From NCBI GenBank assembly GCA_021813945.1, contig JAKAJD010000001.1, forward strand, positions 432,412-496,411: a DNA stretch of 64,000 nt, in the 5' to 3' direction. The notes beneath the pieces were generated by a model, which saw only the letters and a program-made list of their open reading frames with translations, had not been told where the DNA came from and searched no databases. The translations under genes and the position numbers were made by a program. Below are positions 26,915-36,157 of the stretch, piece after piece (the stretch's first letter is position 1; the number at the start of each line of letters is the position of its first letter). The DNA comes from a bacterium (GTDB taxonomy: Bacteria; Patescibacteriota; Microgenomatia; Curtissbacterales; GWA2-41-24).

Positions 26915-28225
26915 TTAAGATCTGAATTTTGCGCGGTTAAAATAGAGCCAAGCACCAGATGCTAAGACCATAACAACACCAAGCCTAAGCGCTAAATCCG
27001 TCCCGAAGCGATCAGATACAAGTCCAACTTCAAAATTTCCTATCGGGAAAAATCCCAAAAACGTAATGGTATAAAGACTCAAAACTCTGCCTCGATACCT
27101 ATCTTCGACTAGATGCTGAATCGTGCTATTTATGGTTGGAAACACCATTAAAAGCCCGAACCCGACAAAAAACAAAAGTACGAGTGCCAAAATAAAATTT
27201 GCAGTCATTGTAAAAAGTGTGAGAGACAAAACAAAAAGAACAGTGCCGGAAATCATATAAATAAACGGCTCAAATTTATTGCCAAGCGCAGAAACAATCA
27301 TTGCCGCCAAAAACGCCCCCACACCGGAAGCCGCGTAAAGTTGTCCTAAACCGCTTGGGCCAACATGAAACGTGTTTTGTGCAATAACCGGCATCATTGT
27401 GGAATATGACCAGCCGAAAATCGAAACAATTCCTGAATAAATCAAAAGGGGTTTTATGACAGGATGGGAAAGCGAATAAGAAACACCTTCACGTATAGCC
27501 TGAATCGGATGCGGATGCACATCGTGCGTCTTAAAAGCAGCAAGCCTCATCAAAATTAAAGCTACAATTACCGCAATATAAGAAATTCCATTTATAATGA
27601 AGGCTCCTCCAACACCAACCAGGGCAATCAAAATTCCCGCAACACTAGGCCCGATTACGCGCGCTCCATTCCAGGTTCCGGAAACAAGCGCTATAGCAGA
27701 AGAGATATGTTCCTTCTCCACCATTTCGCCGACAAATGCTTGCCTGGCCGGTGCATCTAGTGCATTCACAATTCCTAACAAAAACGCCAAAGTAAAAATT
27801 TCAGAAATATTTATTAGATGAAAAACAGTTAAAAATCCGTAAATCAATGCCAGAACCATCGAGGCACCTTGGGTAAAAAACAAAATATTGCGCTTGGGTA
27901 ACCTGTCTACTATCACCCCTCCAAAAAGTGCCAAAACCAGAGTCGGCAAGGTGGCCAAAGCCGCAACTGCTCCCACATAAAACGCCGAATGGGTGATCTG
28001 AAAAACCAAAAATCCCTCGGCAACTATTTGGAGCCAGGTACCGATTAAAGAAACCAGCTGACCAAAAAAGTAGAGGCGGAAATTGCGGTTACTTAAAGCA
28101 GGAAATACACCTAAAAATTTCAATGCCCAACCACCTGCCTCGCCTACCGAGATTTCGGAAGATTCAGAAATGATATACTTTTCGCCAGCGGAAAATTCCC
28201 CGCTCCCATCATTTTTTTGCTCCAT
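26915..28225 (-). CDS. MFS transporter
   Basis: About 12 TM; GQLVSLIGTW, GGVIVDRLPKR, PARQA, RGRV. Confidence 0.9.
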   Translation of the reverse strand: MEQKNDGSGEFSAGEKYIISESSEISVGEAGGWALKFLGVFPALSNRNFRLYFFGQLVSLIGTWLQIVAEGFLVFQITHSAFYVGAVAALATLPTLVLALFGGVIVDRLPKRNILFFTQGASMVLALIYGFLTVFHLINISEIFTLAFLLGIVNALDAPARQAFVGEMVEKEHISSAIALVSGTWNGARVIGPSVAGILIALVGVGGAFIINGISYIAVIVALILMRLAAFKTHDVHPHPIQAIREGVSYSLSHPVIKPLLIYSGIVSIFGWSYSTMMPVIAQNTFHVGPSGLGQLYAASGVGAFLAAMIVSALGNKFEPFIYMISGTVLFVLSLTLFTMTANFILALVLLFFVGFGLLMVFPTINSTIQHLVEDRYRGRVLSLYTITFLGFFPIGNFEVGLVSDRFGTDLALRLGVVMVLASGAWLYFNRAKFRS

Positions 28226-28321
28226 TGGATCATTATAAACTTCCAAGTCCTAAAAAACCCATCTCGCCAAAGTAGCCATATTGTCTAAGCCATCTGGAAA
28301 AACCGTCGCAGTCAAAGTAAA

Positions 28322-29545
28322 ATGACAAGAATGCAAACTGACAAATTCGATGTAATAGTAGCAGGCGCGGGACCGGCCGGAAGCAACTTAGCAAGACAAC
28401 TAAGCCAAAAAAATTACAAAGTGCTCCTTCTGGAAAAAAGCCAGGAAATAGGAAGTCCCAACTTTTCAAGTGCTGGCTCCCCAGACTATATTGTAAAAGA
28501 TTTTTCCCTACCCCAAAGCGTGGTTGCGGCTACTTGGGATAAATTTGAAATCGTAACGCCCAAAAACTCGCACATTTGGAATTACAAAAAAGCTCGAGGC
28601 GTTGTTTTAAAATTTAATAAACTAAAGCGCTTTCTAACAGAAGTTGCTGCCAAAAATGGTGCAAAAGTATTAGTTGGGACTTATGCAACCGATCTCATTT
28701 TTGAGGGGAAAAAACCAATCGGTGTTAAATTTTCCGGACTCCAAAAAGGTGAAGCCTTTGCAAAAATTATAGTCGATGCCTCAGGCCCAAGCGGAATGCT
28801 TGCCCGGCAAGCCGGTTTGCGAAGCGCAAAACTTTGCCCGCCTTCAATAGGCTTAGAATACATTGTCACAAACGTTAAATTCCCAAACCAGAATACAATT
28901 TCGTTTTACCTGGGCAACAGCTTCGCCCCTAAAGGTTATGCATGGGTTTTTCCGATGGGTAAAAATGAAGCCAAAATCGGCATAGGAATTTACGAATCAA
29001 GCACATTCAAACACAAAACAGAGCTTGAAATCTTAAACGAGTTTAAAAACAAGCTTCCATACATGAATGACGCCCAACCTCTGGAGTTGCATGGGAGCAC
29101 ACTTTTTATCTCAAAAGGTTCAACAGCTGCGGTAAATGGAAATATCATATCAATCGGCGATTCGGCAGCCCAAATTAATCCGCTTGGCGGCGAGGGTGTC
29201 CGCCACGCTCTACAGGCCTCCCAAATGGCCCAAGAAGCAATAGATTTAGCCATGAAAAAAGGCAATCTCGCCCTTTTAGAAAATTACCAAAAAGAATGGA
29301 AAAAATATACCGGCCGCAAATGGCAAATTTCTTATCTTTTGACCAAAGTAGTCTACAGAAATTTCACCGACGACATGTATGATGAAGCACTAAACTTAGC
29401 CAAAAGCCTGACTCCAGATGAAATTTTTCAGGTATTTTTTGAATATAATTTCAAAATAGGCTTAAAAGCCCTAAGGGGAAACTTAAAGAGAAAAATGTTT
29501 GCACTTGCCCTAAAAAACCGGATTGCTTCTACGGCTCCTTTTTAG
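28322..29545 (+). CDS. Geranylgeranyl reductase-family FAD oxidoreductase
   Basis: GAGPAG, DASG, GYAWVFP, IGDSA, NPLGGEG. Confidence 0.85.
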   Translation: MTRMQTDKFDVIVAGAGPAGSNLARQLSQKNYKVLLLEKSQEIGSPNFSSAGSPDYIVKDFSLPQSVVAATWDKFEIVTPKNSHIWNYKKARGVVLKFNKLKRFLTEVAAKNGAKVLVGTYATDLIFEGKKPIGVKFSGLQKGEAFAKIIVDASGPSGMLARQAGLRSAKLCPPSIGLEYIVTNVKFPNQNTISFYLGNSFAPKGYAWVFPMGKNEAKIGIGIYESSTFKHKTELEILNEFKNKLPYMNDAQPLELHGSTLFISKGSTAAVNGNIISIGDSAAQINPLGGEGVRHALQASQMAQEAIDLAMKKGNLALLENYQKEWKKYTGRKWQISYLLTKVVYRNFTDDMYDEALNLAKSLTPDEIFQVFFEYNFKIGLKALRGNLKRKMFALALKNRIASTAPF

Positions 29546-29927
29546 GGACAAAATCTAAAGCAAGCGAATTGATACAGTACCTTTTGCCTCCATGGTCACC
29601 GGGCCCGTCATCAAAAACGTGGCCTAAATGGGCTCCGCAAGTTTTGCAAAGCACCTCAGTCCTTTCTTCACCTAAGCTGTAATCCGGCTCAAGCTTAACA
29701 TTGGCGCTTTTTATAACATCCCAAAAGCTTGGCCAACCGGTTCCGCTATCGTACTTTGTACTTGATGAAAAAAGCCGCGTCTTGCAAACCACGCACAAAT
29801 ATTCACCTTTGTCCTTAACGTAAGTATATCTTCCCGAAAAGGGTAGTTCAGTTCCCTTCAAAAAGCATATGTTGTACCTTTCCTGAGAAAGACTTTTTTT
29901 GGCCTTATCAATTGCAGCTCTATTCAT
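29529..29927 (-). CDS. msrB: Peptide-methionine (R)-sulfoxide reductase
   Basis: CxxC pairs, GTGWPSF, HLGHVF, RYCINS. Confidence 0.95.
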   Translation of the reverse strand: MNRAAIDKAKKSLSQERYNICFLKGTELPFSGRYTYVKDKGEYLCVVCKTRLFSSSTKYDSGTGWPSFWDVIKSANVKLEPDYSLGEERTEVLCKTCGAHLGHVFDDGPGDHGGKRYCINSLALDFVPKKEP

Positions 29928-29975
29928 GCTAGAAAGATATCTATACGAAATGAAAAATCGACTGTCAAGAAGTTC

Positions 29976-30062
29976 TTAAGACTGCGAAGCCAAAAATGCC
30001 CCAAAAACGACAATTCCCACCAAAATAAAAAGGACGAAAAGAAACCAGATTTTTTTCCACAT
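29976..30062 (-). CDS. 28-aa single-TM microprotein (absent from ORF track)
   Basis: MWKKIWFLFVLFILVGIVVFGAFLASQS*. Confidence 0.5.
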   Translation of the reverse strand: MWKKIWFLFVLFILVGIVVFGAFLASQS

Positions 30063-30111
30063 CAAATCAATAATACCCCAGTGCCATAAGCAGCAAAAGG
30101 CAGTGGAATCT

Positions 30112-30237
30112 TTAAAGAAGCATTAAAAATACAAGGCCGATTGTTGCGGCCACAACAAGAACAAAAATCCAAAACAAGTTAACATTGTAACTTCTTGGAT
30201 CGGTAAAATTTACCTTTCTTGCCCGGGATTTTTTCAT
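30112..30237 (-). CDS. 41-aa single-TM microprotein (absent from ORF track)
   Basis: MKKSRARKVNFTDPRSYNVNLFWIFVLVVAATIGLVFLMLL*; TTGACA-N18-TAAAGT upstream. Confidence 0.55.
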   Translation of the reverse strand: MKKSRARKVNFTDPRSYNVNLFWIFVLVVAATIGLVFLMLL

Positions 30238-30292
30238 AGGCAGTAATTTAACTTTAAAACAACTGAAATACTTCTGTCAAAGGGGCAAAAGA

Positions 30293-30823
30293 CTATCTCT
30301 TCAGATAAAATCGGTAGAGTTTGTCTGCCCATTCTCCGGCATAATCTACACCTATCCGCTTCGAGCTGGCAATTTGGTCTTTTTTAATTTTTAAGCCCCT
30401 ATCCTCAAACCACAAGCTGATATCTTTAGCGGCTAATTTTCCGTTAAAAGATTTGTCTATTTTTAAAAATTTTGTCAGCTTTGCCGGCCCGTCGAGCCTT
30501 AAGCCTTCAATCTCTACACCTCTGATTAAAACTCCTGCCGGGAAATCTCTCCTGCCACAAACAATATTTAAAAGCCAGTGCATTCCGTAAACGAAATAGA
30601 CATAAAACCTTCCAGCTTCTTCAAACAGAACTTCATTTCTTGGTGTTTTGCCGTGGCTGCCATGGGCCGCCTTGTCCTCCGCGCCATCATAAGCTTCCGT
30701 TTCCACAATTTTGGCAACAATTTCCCTTACGCCAATCTTCCTCACCAAAAATTTACCGAGAAGTTCCTGCGCTACCATAACAGTATTTCTCTCAAAAAAA
30801 CTCTTTGGCAAAACCTTTCGCAT
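30293..30823 (-). CDS. 3-methyladenine DNA glycosylase (MPG/AAG family)
   Basis: IVETEAY, YVYFVYGMH, GPAKL, RIGVDYA. Confidence 0.92.
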   Translation of the reverse strand: MRKVLPKSFFERNTVMVAQELLGKFLVRKIGVREIVAKIVETEAYDGAEDKAAHGSHGKTPRNEVLFEEAGRFYVYFVYGMHWLLNIVCGRRDFPAGVLIRGVEIEGLRLDGPAKLTKFLKIDKSFNGKLAAKDISLWFEDRGLKIKKDQIASSKRIGVDYAGEWADKLYRFYLKR

Positions 30824-30830
30824 TTAAAAA

Positions 30831-31229
30831 CTACGAGGCAGCAACTGTAGATACAATTATTTCCCTGTCTCTGGGACCATAAAGCTCAATTAAAACCACC
30901 TTTTGCCATTGCCCCAAAACCAGCTTTCTTGCTTCAAAGGGAAGCATTATTGAAGGGCCGATTAAAGAACCGTTGATGTGGTCTGTAGCATGGCTTGGAT
31001 CATGTGGATGTCTGTACTTTATGCCGGCACCGAGTGAAGCAATAAAGTCCAAAGCGTCCAAGTCCGTCCCGGGATCCATATCAGCCGTGGTTAATCCTGC
31101 GGTAGTGTGCGTTAAAAACAGGTAGCAAAGACCGGAGTCTAAACTTTGCTTTGCCAAATAATCATTAACATCAAGTGTGATGTCTAAAACCTGTTTCTTT
31201 TGAGTTGTTTTTAAATATATTCTATTCAT
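30831..31229 (-). CDS. YjbQ/UPF0047 family protein
   Basis: HTTAGL, HxH, LGQWQ...E..GPR. Confidence 0.88.
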   Translation of the reverse strand: MNRIYLKTTQKKQVLDITLDVNDYLAKQSLDSGLCYLFLTHTTAGLTTADMDPGTDLDALDFIASLGAGIKYRHPHDPSHATDHINGSLIGPSIMLPFEARKLVLGQWQKVVLIELYGPRDREIIVSTVAAS

Positions 31230-31236
31230 AATTCAC

Positions 31237-31578
31237 TTATTCCATATATTCAATTTGCGATACTTCATAGCGCGGTGACGAAAAAACCAAAAGTGTCATT
31301 TGGCCGGAATCTACAAAAGCTGTATTTCTCGGAATAAAGATCAAATCGCCAGTAGCAACGGGGCTTGCCTCTTCATCGTCGACAGCAAAAGTTCCGGTTC
31401 CCTCTAAAACGTAATAAAACTCATCACTTTTCCTATTTATATGACGTCTATTAACACCTTGAACGCGAATCATTGCAACGCTCATTTGCTCAAACTCTGG
31501 CTTGTTGAATAAGTTTTTAACCTTTATTGCCCCAAAATCTTCTTCCGAAATCTGCTGAGTTTTGATAATTATTGCCAT
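31237..31578 (-). CDS. Cupin domain protein
   Basis: H....DEFYYVLEGTG...GDLIFIP. Confidence 0.8.
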   Translation of the reverse strand: MAIIIKTQQISEEDFGAIKVKNLFNKPEFEQMSVAMIRVQGVNRRHINRKSDEFYYVLEGTGTFAVDDEEASPVATGDLIFIPRNTAFVDSGQMTLLVFSSPRYEVSQIEYME

Positions 31579-31624
31579 ATTCTATTTTTAGCTTTTTAGT
31601 CCGCTTTTTGCAATTCTAGCTAAT

Positions 31625-31972
31625 TTATTCTTGCCCCAAATTATTTATTTTAGCAGCAAGAATGAAGTCGTTTTCAGAAAGACCCGAAACCGCATGAGTG
31701 TAAAGTGTCACAACAGCTTTGCCCCACCCAAAAATAATCTCCGGATGGTGCCCTTCTTCTTCTGCAATTTTCCCGACTTCGTTAACAAAACCTAAAGCGG
31801 ACTTAAAATCATCAAACTTGAACTTGCGTTGGATCTTTAAAACGCCATCTTCTGCTAAATTCCAGCCGTCGACTTCTGCCAACATATTTTCAGCCTCGAC
31901 TCGCCTCATCGGTGGCGTTCCACCTTCGCAAGGTACGCATCTTTTACTGGCTAAATCGTTCATATTAGACAT
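31625..31972 (-). CDS. Pterin-4a-carbinolamine dehydratase family
   Basis: CVPCEGG, AEEEGHHP, THAVSGLSENDFILAAK. Confidence 0.92.
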   Translation of the reverse strand: MSNMNDLASKRCVPCEGGTPPMRRVEAENMLAEVDGWNLAEDGVLKIQRKFKFDDFKSALGFVNEVGKIAEEEGHHPEIIFGWGKAVVTLYTHAVSGLSENDFILAAKINNLGQE

Positions 31973-32000
31973 TATACCCCTGCTAATATATATTTAAATT

Positions 32001-32435
32001 ATGAAAGGCAAATACCTCCTTGCCGGACAAGTAATTTTATTTCTGATTTTAATTTACTTTTCCAACTTTTCTCTTCTTTTCACCAACGGATTTTTACTGG
32101 TTCTTTTTGCTTTGGCAGTCGGCTTAGGATTGTATTCTATCTATAACATGGGCTTTGACACACTTTCACCATTTCCCGAACCCAAAAAGGGCGGCAAACA
32201 TGTACAGGAAGGTGCCTATAAATTCATGAGACACCCAATGTATACTGCTCTTATCATTTTTGGCCTGAGCTTTGTTTTATCCAGCCCAGAGCTTTTAAAC
32301 ACAATTACTTACTTAATCTTGATATACATTCTGGATGCAAAAGCTTCTTACGAAGAAGGGTTCTTAATTAAAATTTACCCAACTTACGAGGTTTATTTAG
32401 AAAACACCAAAAAATTCATCCCGTTCATCTATTAA
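32001..32435 (+). CDS. ICMT/PEMT-family membrane methyltransferase
   Basis: GAYKFMRHPMY, EE, Y..Y...TKKFIP. Confidence 0.85.
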   Translation: MKGKYLLAGQVILFLILIYFSNFSLLFTNGFLLVLFALAVGLGLYSIYNMGFDTLSPFPEPKKGGKHVQEGAYKFMRHPMYTALIIFGLSFVLSSPELLNTITYLILIYILDAKASYEEGFLIKIYPTYEVYLENTKKFIPFIY

Positions 32436-32442
32436 ACCCGTT

Positions 32443-32491
32443 CTAATTCCCTGCTAACTGACCACTTTTAGCCTCCAAGGCCAGGCCTTGG
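32443..32491. repeat. 13-bp palindromic repeat with a ~35-bp flank shared (inverted) with 44042-44092
   Basis: ctaattccctgctaactgaccacttttagcctccAAGGCCAGGCCTTgg. Confidence 0.8.
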
Positions 32492-32521
32492 TTTCAATAA
32501 AATGGTATCATAACTGGTTAT

Positions 32522-34291
32522 ATGCAAAATATCTGGCGGATCATAAAAATCTCTAAACCCCTGCACAACATTGCAGCAATCATTGGGCTTTTGATTCTGG
32601 CAAGCTCCTTTCTCGAGCTTCTCCCGCCGATTATTTCCAAATACATTGTCGACGAAATCTTAAGCCAGATCCAAAACCACAGCGGCAACCTGGGAAAACT
32701 CATCTCGCTTATCGTCTTAAGCTTTGTTCTGAGCTTTATCGGTGTAATAATAACCACAGCTTCCGATCGTCTGGGCGACCATTTTGCAGGCAAACTCCGC
32801 CAGTTTTTAACGGAAAAATTCTACGACAAGGTACTCACGCTTCCCCAATCCTATTTTGACGGCGAAATTTCCGGAAAAATCGTAAACCAGCTAAACCGGG
32901 CAATCCAATCCATCCAGAACTTCATAAACGGTTCAACCAACTTCATGCTTCCGACTTTTCTGCAAAGCATTTTTACAATTGTGGTTTTAGCCTACTACAG
33001 CCTCCCTATAGCCCTTTTTATAACTATCCTTTTCCCAATCTACCTGTCGCTTTCCTACTACTCAACTAAGCGTTGGGGTGAAAAAGAGGTTGAAAAGAAC
33101 AAGTTTGAAGATTTAAACCGCGGCAGAATAACAGAGGTAATCGGAAACATAAAGCTAGTCAAAAGCTCCAATAACCAGCTTTTTGAATTCAAATACCTCT
33201 CCGAAAATCTCACAACGATTAACAAAATCTATGCCAAACAAAGCTGGACTTTCCATAAATTCGATTTTGCCAGAAACTTAAGCCTGATTTTAATTATCCT
33301 CGGCATCTCCATCGTCGCTTTTTACAGCGCCTTTACGGGTGCAATTACAGTCGGAACCCTAGTCCTTATCCTTCAGCTTGTAAACCAGGCCCGCCGGCCG
33401 CTTTTTGCCATGAGCTTTATATTAACCAACATCCAGCAAGCCGAAGCCGGAAGCAAGGAATATTTTGAAATTTTGTCACTTTCTTCCGCCGAAAACTATA
33501 AAAAACGAATTCCCTCCCAAAAAATCCCAAACCCTACTATTAAATTTAAAGATGTATCCTTTTCCTACGAAAAATCAAAAGGCATCCTTAAAAACGTCTC
33601 CTTTGACCTTAGGGAAAACGACACAATTGCCCTGGTCGGCCCATCCGGAGCCGGTAAGACAACGATTGTGAATTTGATTTTGAAATTCTATAACCCAACA
33701 TCCGGAGATATATTTTTAAAGGGTAAAAATTATAAAAAACTTGACCACCAACTGGTTAGAAACAACATTGCCCTCGTTTTCCAAGAGAGCGAACTCTTTT
33801 CAACAACAATTGCCGAAAATGTCCGCTACGGCAAACCGGAAGCTAAGGATTCGGAAGTCATCGATGCCCTTAAAAAGGCAAACGCATACGATTTTGTCCA
33901 AAGCTTTAAAGATGGGATCCAAACAGAAGTTGGAGAACGCGGCGTCCGCCTTTCGGGAGGCCAAAAACAAAGGATCCAAGTTGCCCGCGCAATCCTAAAA
34001 AACGCCCCGATTTTGATTTTAGATGAAGCTACCTCGTCACTTGATGCCAAAAGCGAACGCGAAGTCCAAATTGCCCTCGAAAACCTTATGAAAAATAAGC
34101 TGGTTATTATAATCGCCCACCGTTTTTCAACAATCCAAAGCGCCAAAAAAATAATCGTTATCTCCGAAGGTAAAATTGTTGGCCAAGGCAAGCCAAAGGA
34201 CCTTGCTTCCAAACCTGGAATTTACCGGGACCTTTTGCATTACCAAATAGAAGGCAACAAAAAATTACTGGAGAAATTTGAAATTTACTGA
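32522..34291 (+). CDS. ABC exporter, fused TMD-NBD (MsbA/Sav1866-like)
   Basis: 6 TM + GPSGAGKT, LSGGQKQR, LDEATS, AHR. Confidence 0.93.
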   Translation: MQNIWRIIKISKPLHNIAAIIGLLILASSFLELLPPIISKYIVDEILSQIQNHSGNLGKLISLIVLSFVLSFIGVIITTASDRLGDHFAGKLRQFLTEKFYDKVLTLPQSYFDGEISGKIVNQLNRAIQSIQNFINGSTNFMLPTFLQSIFTIVVLAYYSLPIALFITILFPIYLSLSYYSTKRWGEKEVEKNKFEDLNRGRITEVIGNIKLVKSSNNQLFEFKYLSENLTTINKIYAKQSWTFHKFDFARNLSLILIILGISIVAFYSAFTGAITVGTLVLILQLVNQARRPLFAMSFILTNIQQAEAGSKEYFEILSLSSAENYKKRIPSQKIPNPTIKFKDVSFSYEKSKGILKNVSFDLRENDTIALVGPSGAGKTTIVNLILKFYNPTSGDIFLKGKNYKKLDHQLVRNNIALVFQESELFSTTIAENVRYGKPEAKDSEVIDALKKANAYDFVQSFKDGIQTEVGERGVRLSGGQKQRIQVARAILKNAPILILDEATSSLDAKSEREVQIALENLMKNKLVIIIAHRFSTIQSAKKIIVISEGKIVGQGKPKDLASKPGIYRDLLHYQIEGNKKLLEKFEIY

Positions 34292-34740
34292 GATTCGGGT
34301 GGTTTCACCAAATCATCGGAAACAAAATCGATTAAATCTTCAAAAACCGCTTCCGGATTTTTGGGCATTCCTTTTTGGCCAGGATTTGTCACTTTAAACT
34401 TTTTTCTGTCATAGCAAAATGTTACAGAACTCCCTCCAACCGCAAATTTGAAAGCCGTTTCACGCTTCGAGATGGGTAAAAAAGCAAATTCTACTGAATC
34501 GGCAGTTCTAAAAGCAGGGATAGAATCGAGCAAAAACCGGGCCGCTTGGCCTCCTGTCAAGGCAGAGGCGCGAATACTTTCGGCTAGCGAATCAGAAGTA
34601 TAATGAAGCCATCTCTCATATGGATCATCTGGACGAGGCATCAAAACATAAACCGTATCCAGTGTGTCGTTAATATGTTCTCTTCTCTGATCTTCTTCAG
34701 CAGATAGTTTCCAAAATGGAAATCTTTCTCGAATCGACAT
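34285..34740 (-). CDS. Hypothetical protein
   Basis: 151-aa ORF with its own TTGACT-N17-TATAAA promoter. Confidence 0.6.
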   Translation of the reverse strand: MSIRERFPFWKLSAEEDQRREHINDTLDTVYVLMPRPDDPYERWLHYTSDSLAESIRASALTGGQAARFLLDSIPAFRTADSVEFAFLPISKRETAFKFAVGGSSVTFCYDRKKFKVTNPGQKGMPKNPEAVFEDLIDFVSDDLVKPPESQ

Positions 34741-34975
34741 ATTGAGAAAGGTTTATACACTCAAATGAGAATTAAGTCAACAAAAATTCCTATCTTGTTA
34801 AAAGAGTTCTCAGTTTGGTATAATTATTTTATAGTCGCCTTTGGCGATTTTTTCGTTTTTTACCACTTTTTGCCAAATCACTACTCATTTTTTCAAAAAT
34901 TTGACCAAAAGAAGTCAAAATTGTCGAAATTTGGACTAAAATCCTGCTAATTAGCTACTTTTTTTATTTGGGGAC

Positions 34976-35638
34976 TTAAAAACCTAAAACTTCTTTAACT
35001 AAAATTACCCTTATTCTGCCCGGTTTATTTTCGCGGTTCATAATAAGAAGCTTGCTTACATTGCTTCCTTCCGTACCATAGGCCTCATGAGCCCTTATTG
35101 CCTCCAAGGGTAACGATCTTTCGTTAATTCGCCTGAACCCAGCATCAATATCTTTAACAATCTTCTGTACCCCCACAACCCAAATTACGTTTTTCGACCC
35201 ATTTGCATAACCTGGGAGCTGGCTTCCCGAATTGGAAGCAATCATCACATGTCCGTCTTGGGTCACGGCATGAACAGACCCAATAGCATATTCTGCAGCA
35301 GCACCCATTTTTAACATTTCAAGCTCTTGGGTTACTCGATCCATAGTTTTAAGTTTGGATTTTACGGAATTATATTTGCCCGATTCATTAATCTGCGATG
35401 TGACACCAATTGTATCCAATGTTCTCGAGGTCATAACCATCACTTCCGCACCGTCAGGGAGAATTTCAAACACCCTTTCTTTTGCCTTAATACCGTTTTC
35501 GACTATCTCTGCTTGGAAATTATTGGCAGAAAGCGCCTTAGCAGCCTTTTCTATGACATCATCTGCGGGAATTGTCGCCCACTTACCGCTTTTTTCAAGT
35601 TCTTCAACCTGTTTTTGGGCTTGAATATAATTCAACAC
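34976..35638 (-). CDS. LUD (LutC/YkgG) domain protein
   Basis: SVHAVTQDG...ASNSGSQ, WVVGVQKIV, E.LGF end. Confidence 0.85.
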   Translation of the reverse strand: MLNYIQAQKQVEELEKSGKWATIPADDVIEKAAKALSANNFQAEIVENGIKAKERVFEILPDGAEVMVMTSRTLDTIGVTSQINESGKYNSVKSKLKTMDRVTQELEMLKMGAAAEYAIGSVHAVTQDGHVMIASNSGSQLPGYANGSKNVIWVVGVQKIVKDIDAGFRRINERSLPLEAIRAHEAYGTEGSNVSKLLIMNRENKPGRIRVILVKEVLGF

Positions 35639-35664
35639 AGCAACATTTTAGCACCCTGAAAGCA

Positions 35665-36021
35665 TTATTTTCCTGTCTGAACAACTGTACCCTCTGGAGC
35701 CAAAACTTTAAAAACTCTTGTCATACCTGTTGCCTCACCCGCAATGATCCTTGCGACACCACTCTCAAGATCAACATCATAACTTTCTCCTTCGGATAAT
35801 CTCACATTACCCCAAACCGATTCTTTGCCACCGTGGCATTCTCTAGCAAAAAGTTTTCGTGCACCCTTCACACGTACACTGGCAAAGTTTCCTTCACTGT
35901 CAGCAACCCCCAAGAACCTTCCGATTGGTACAGAAATATCTACTTCAGTGGTCTCACGCCTTGCCTCTGGAAAAGGCATTGTGTCAGACCGTGACCTTCC
36001 ATTTTGATATTCACATGTCAT
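35665..36021 (-). CDS. Hypothetical beta-rich protein, weak CsrA-like pattern
   Basis: Strong SD AGGAGGTG; GES...G-x8-AP pattern. Confidence 0.55.
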   Translation of the reverse strand: MTCEYQNGRSRSDTMPFPEARRETTEVDISVPIGRFLGVADSEGNFASVRVKGARKLFARECHGGKESVWGNVRLSEGESYDVDLESGVARIIAGEATGMTRVFKVLAPEGTVVQTGK

Positions 36022-36046
36022 CTTTTTTCACCTCCTTTTTGGTTTC

Positions 36047-36090
36047 AAAAAAACCGCCGGCGGTCAATTAACCTCTTGCCGTGCGGTTTT
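36047..36090 (-). terminator. Stem-loop + U7 tract in the leader of 35665..36021
   Basis: - strand AAAACCGC-A-CGGC...GCCG-GCGG-TTTTTTT. Confidence 0.55.
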
Positions 36091-36108
36091 ATTTAGTTTT
36101 CTAATATA

Positions 36109-36138
36109 ATTTTAGCTTAGGCTGAAGCTAAATGTAAA
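36109..36138 (-). promoter_or_regulatory. Sigma70 promoter overlapped by inverted repeat TTTAGCTT-N6-AAGCTAAA
   Basis: TTTACA-N18-TAAAAT; palindrome 36111-36132. Confidence 0.5.
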
Positions 36139-36157
36139 CCCCTTAATAATATAGGCT

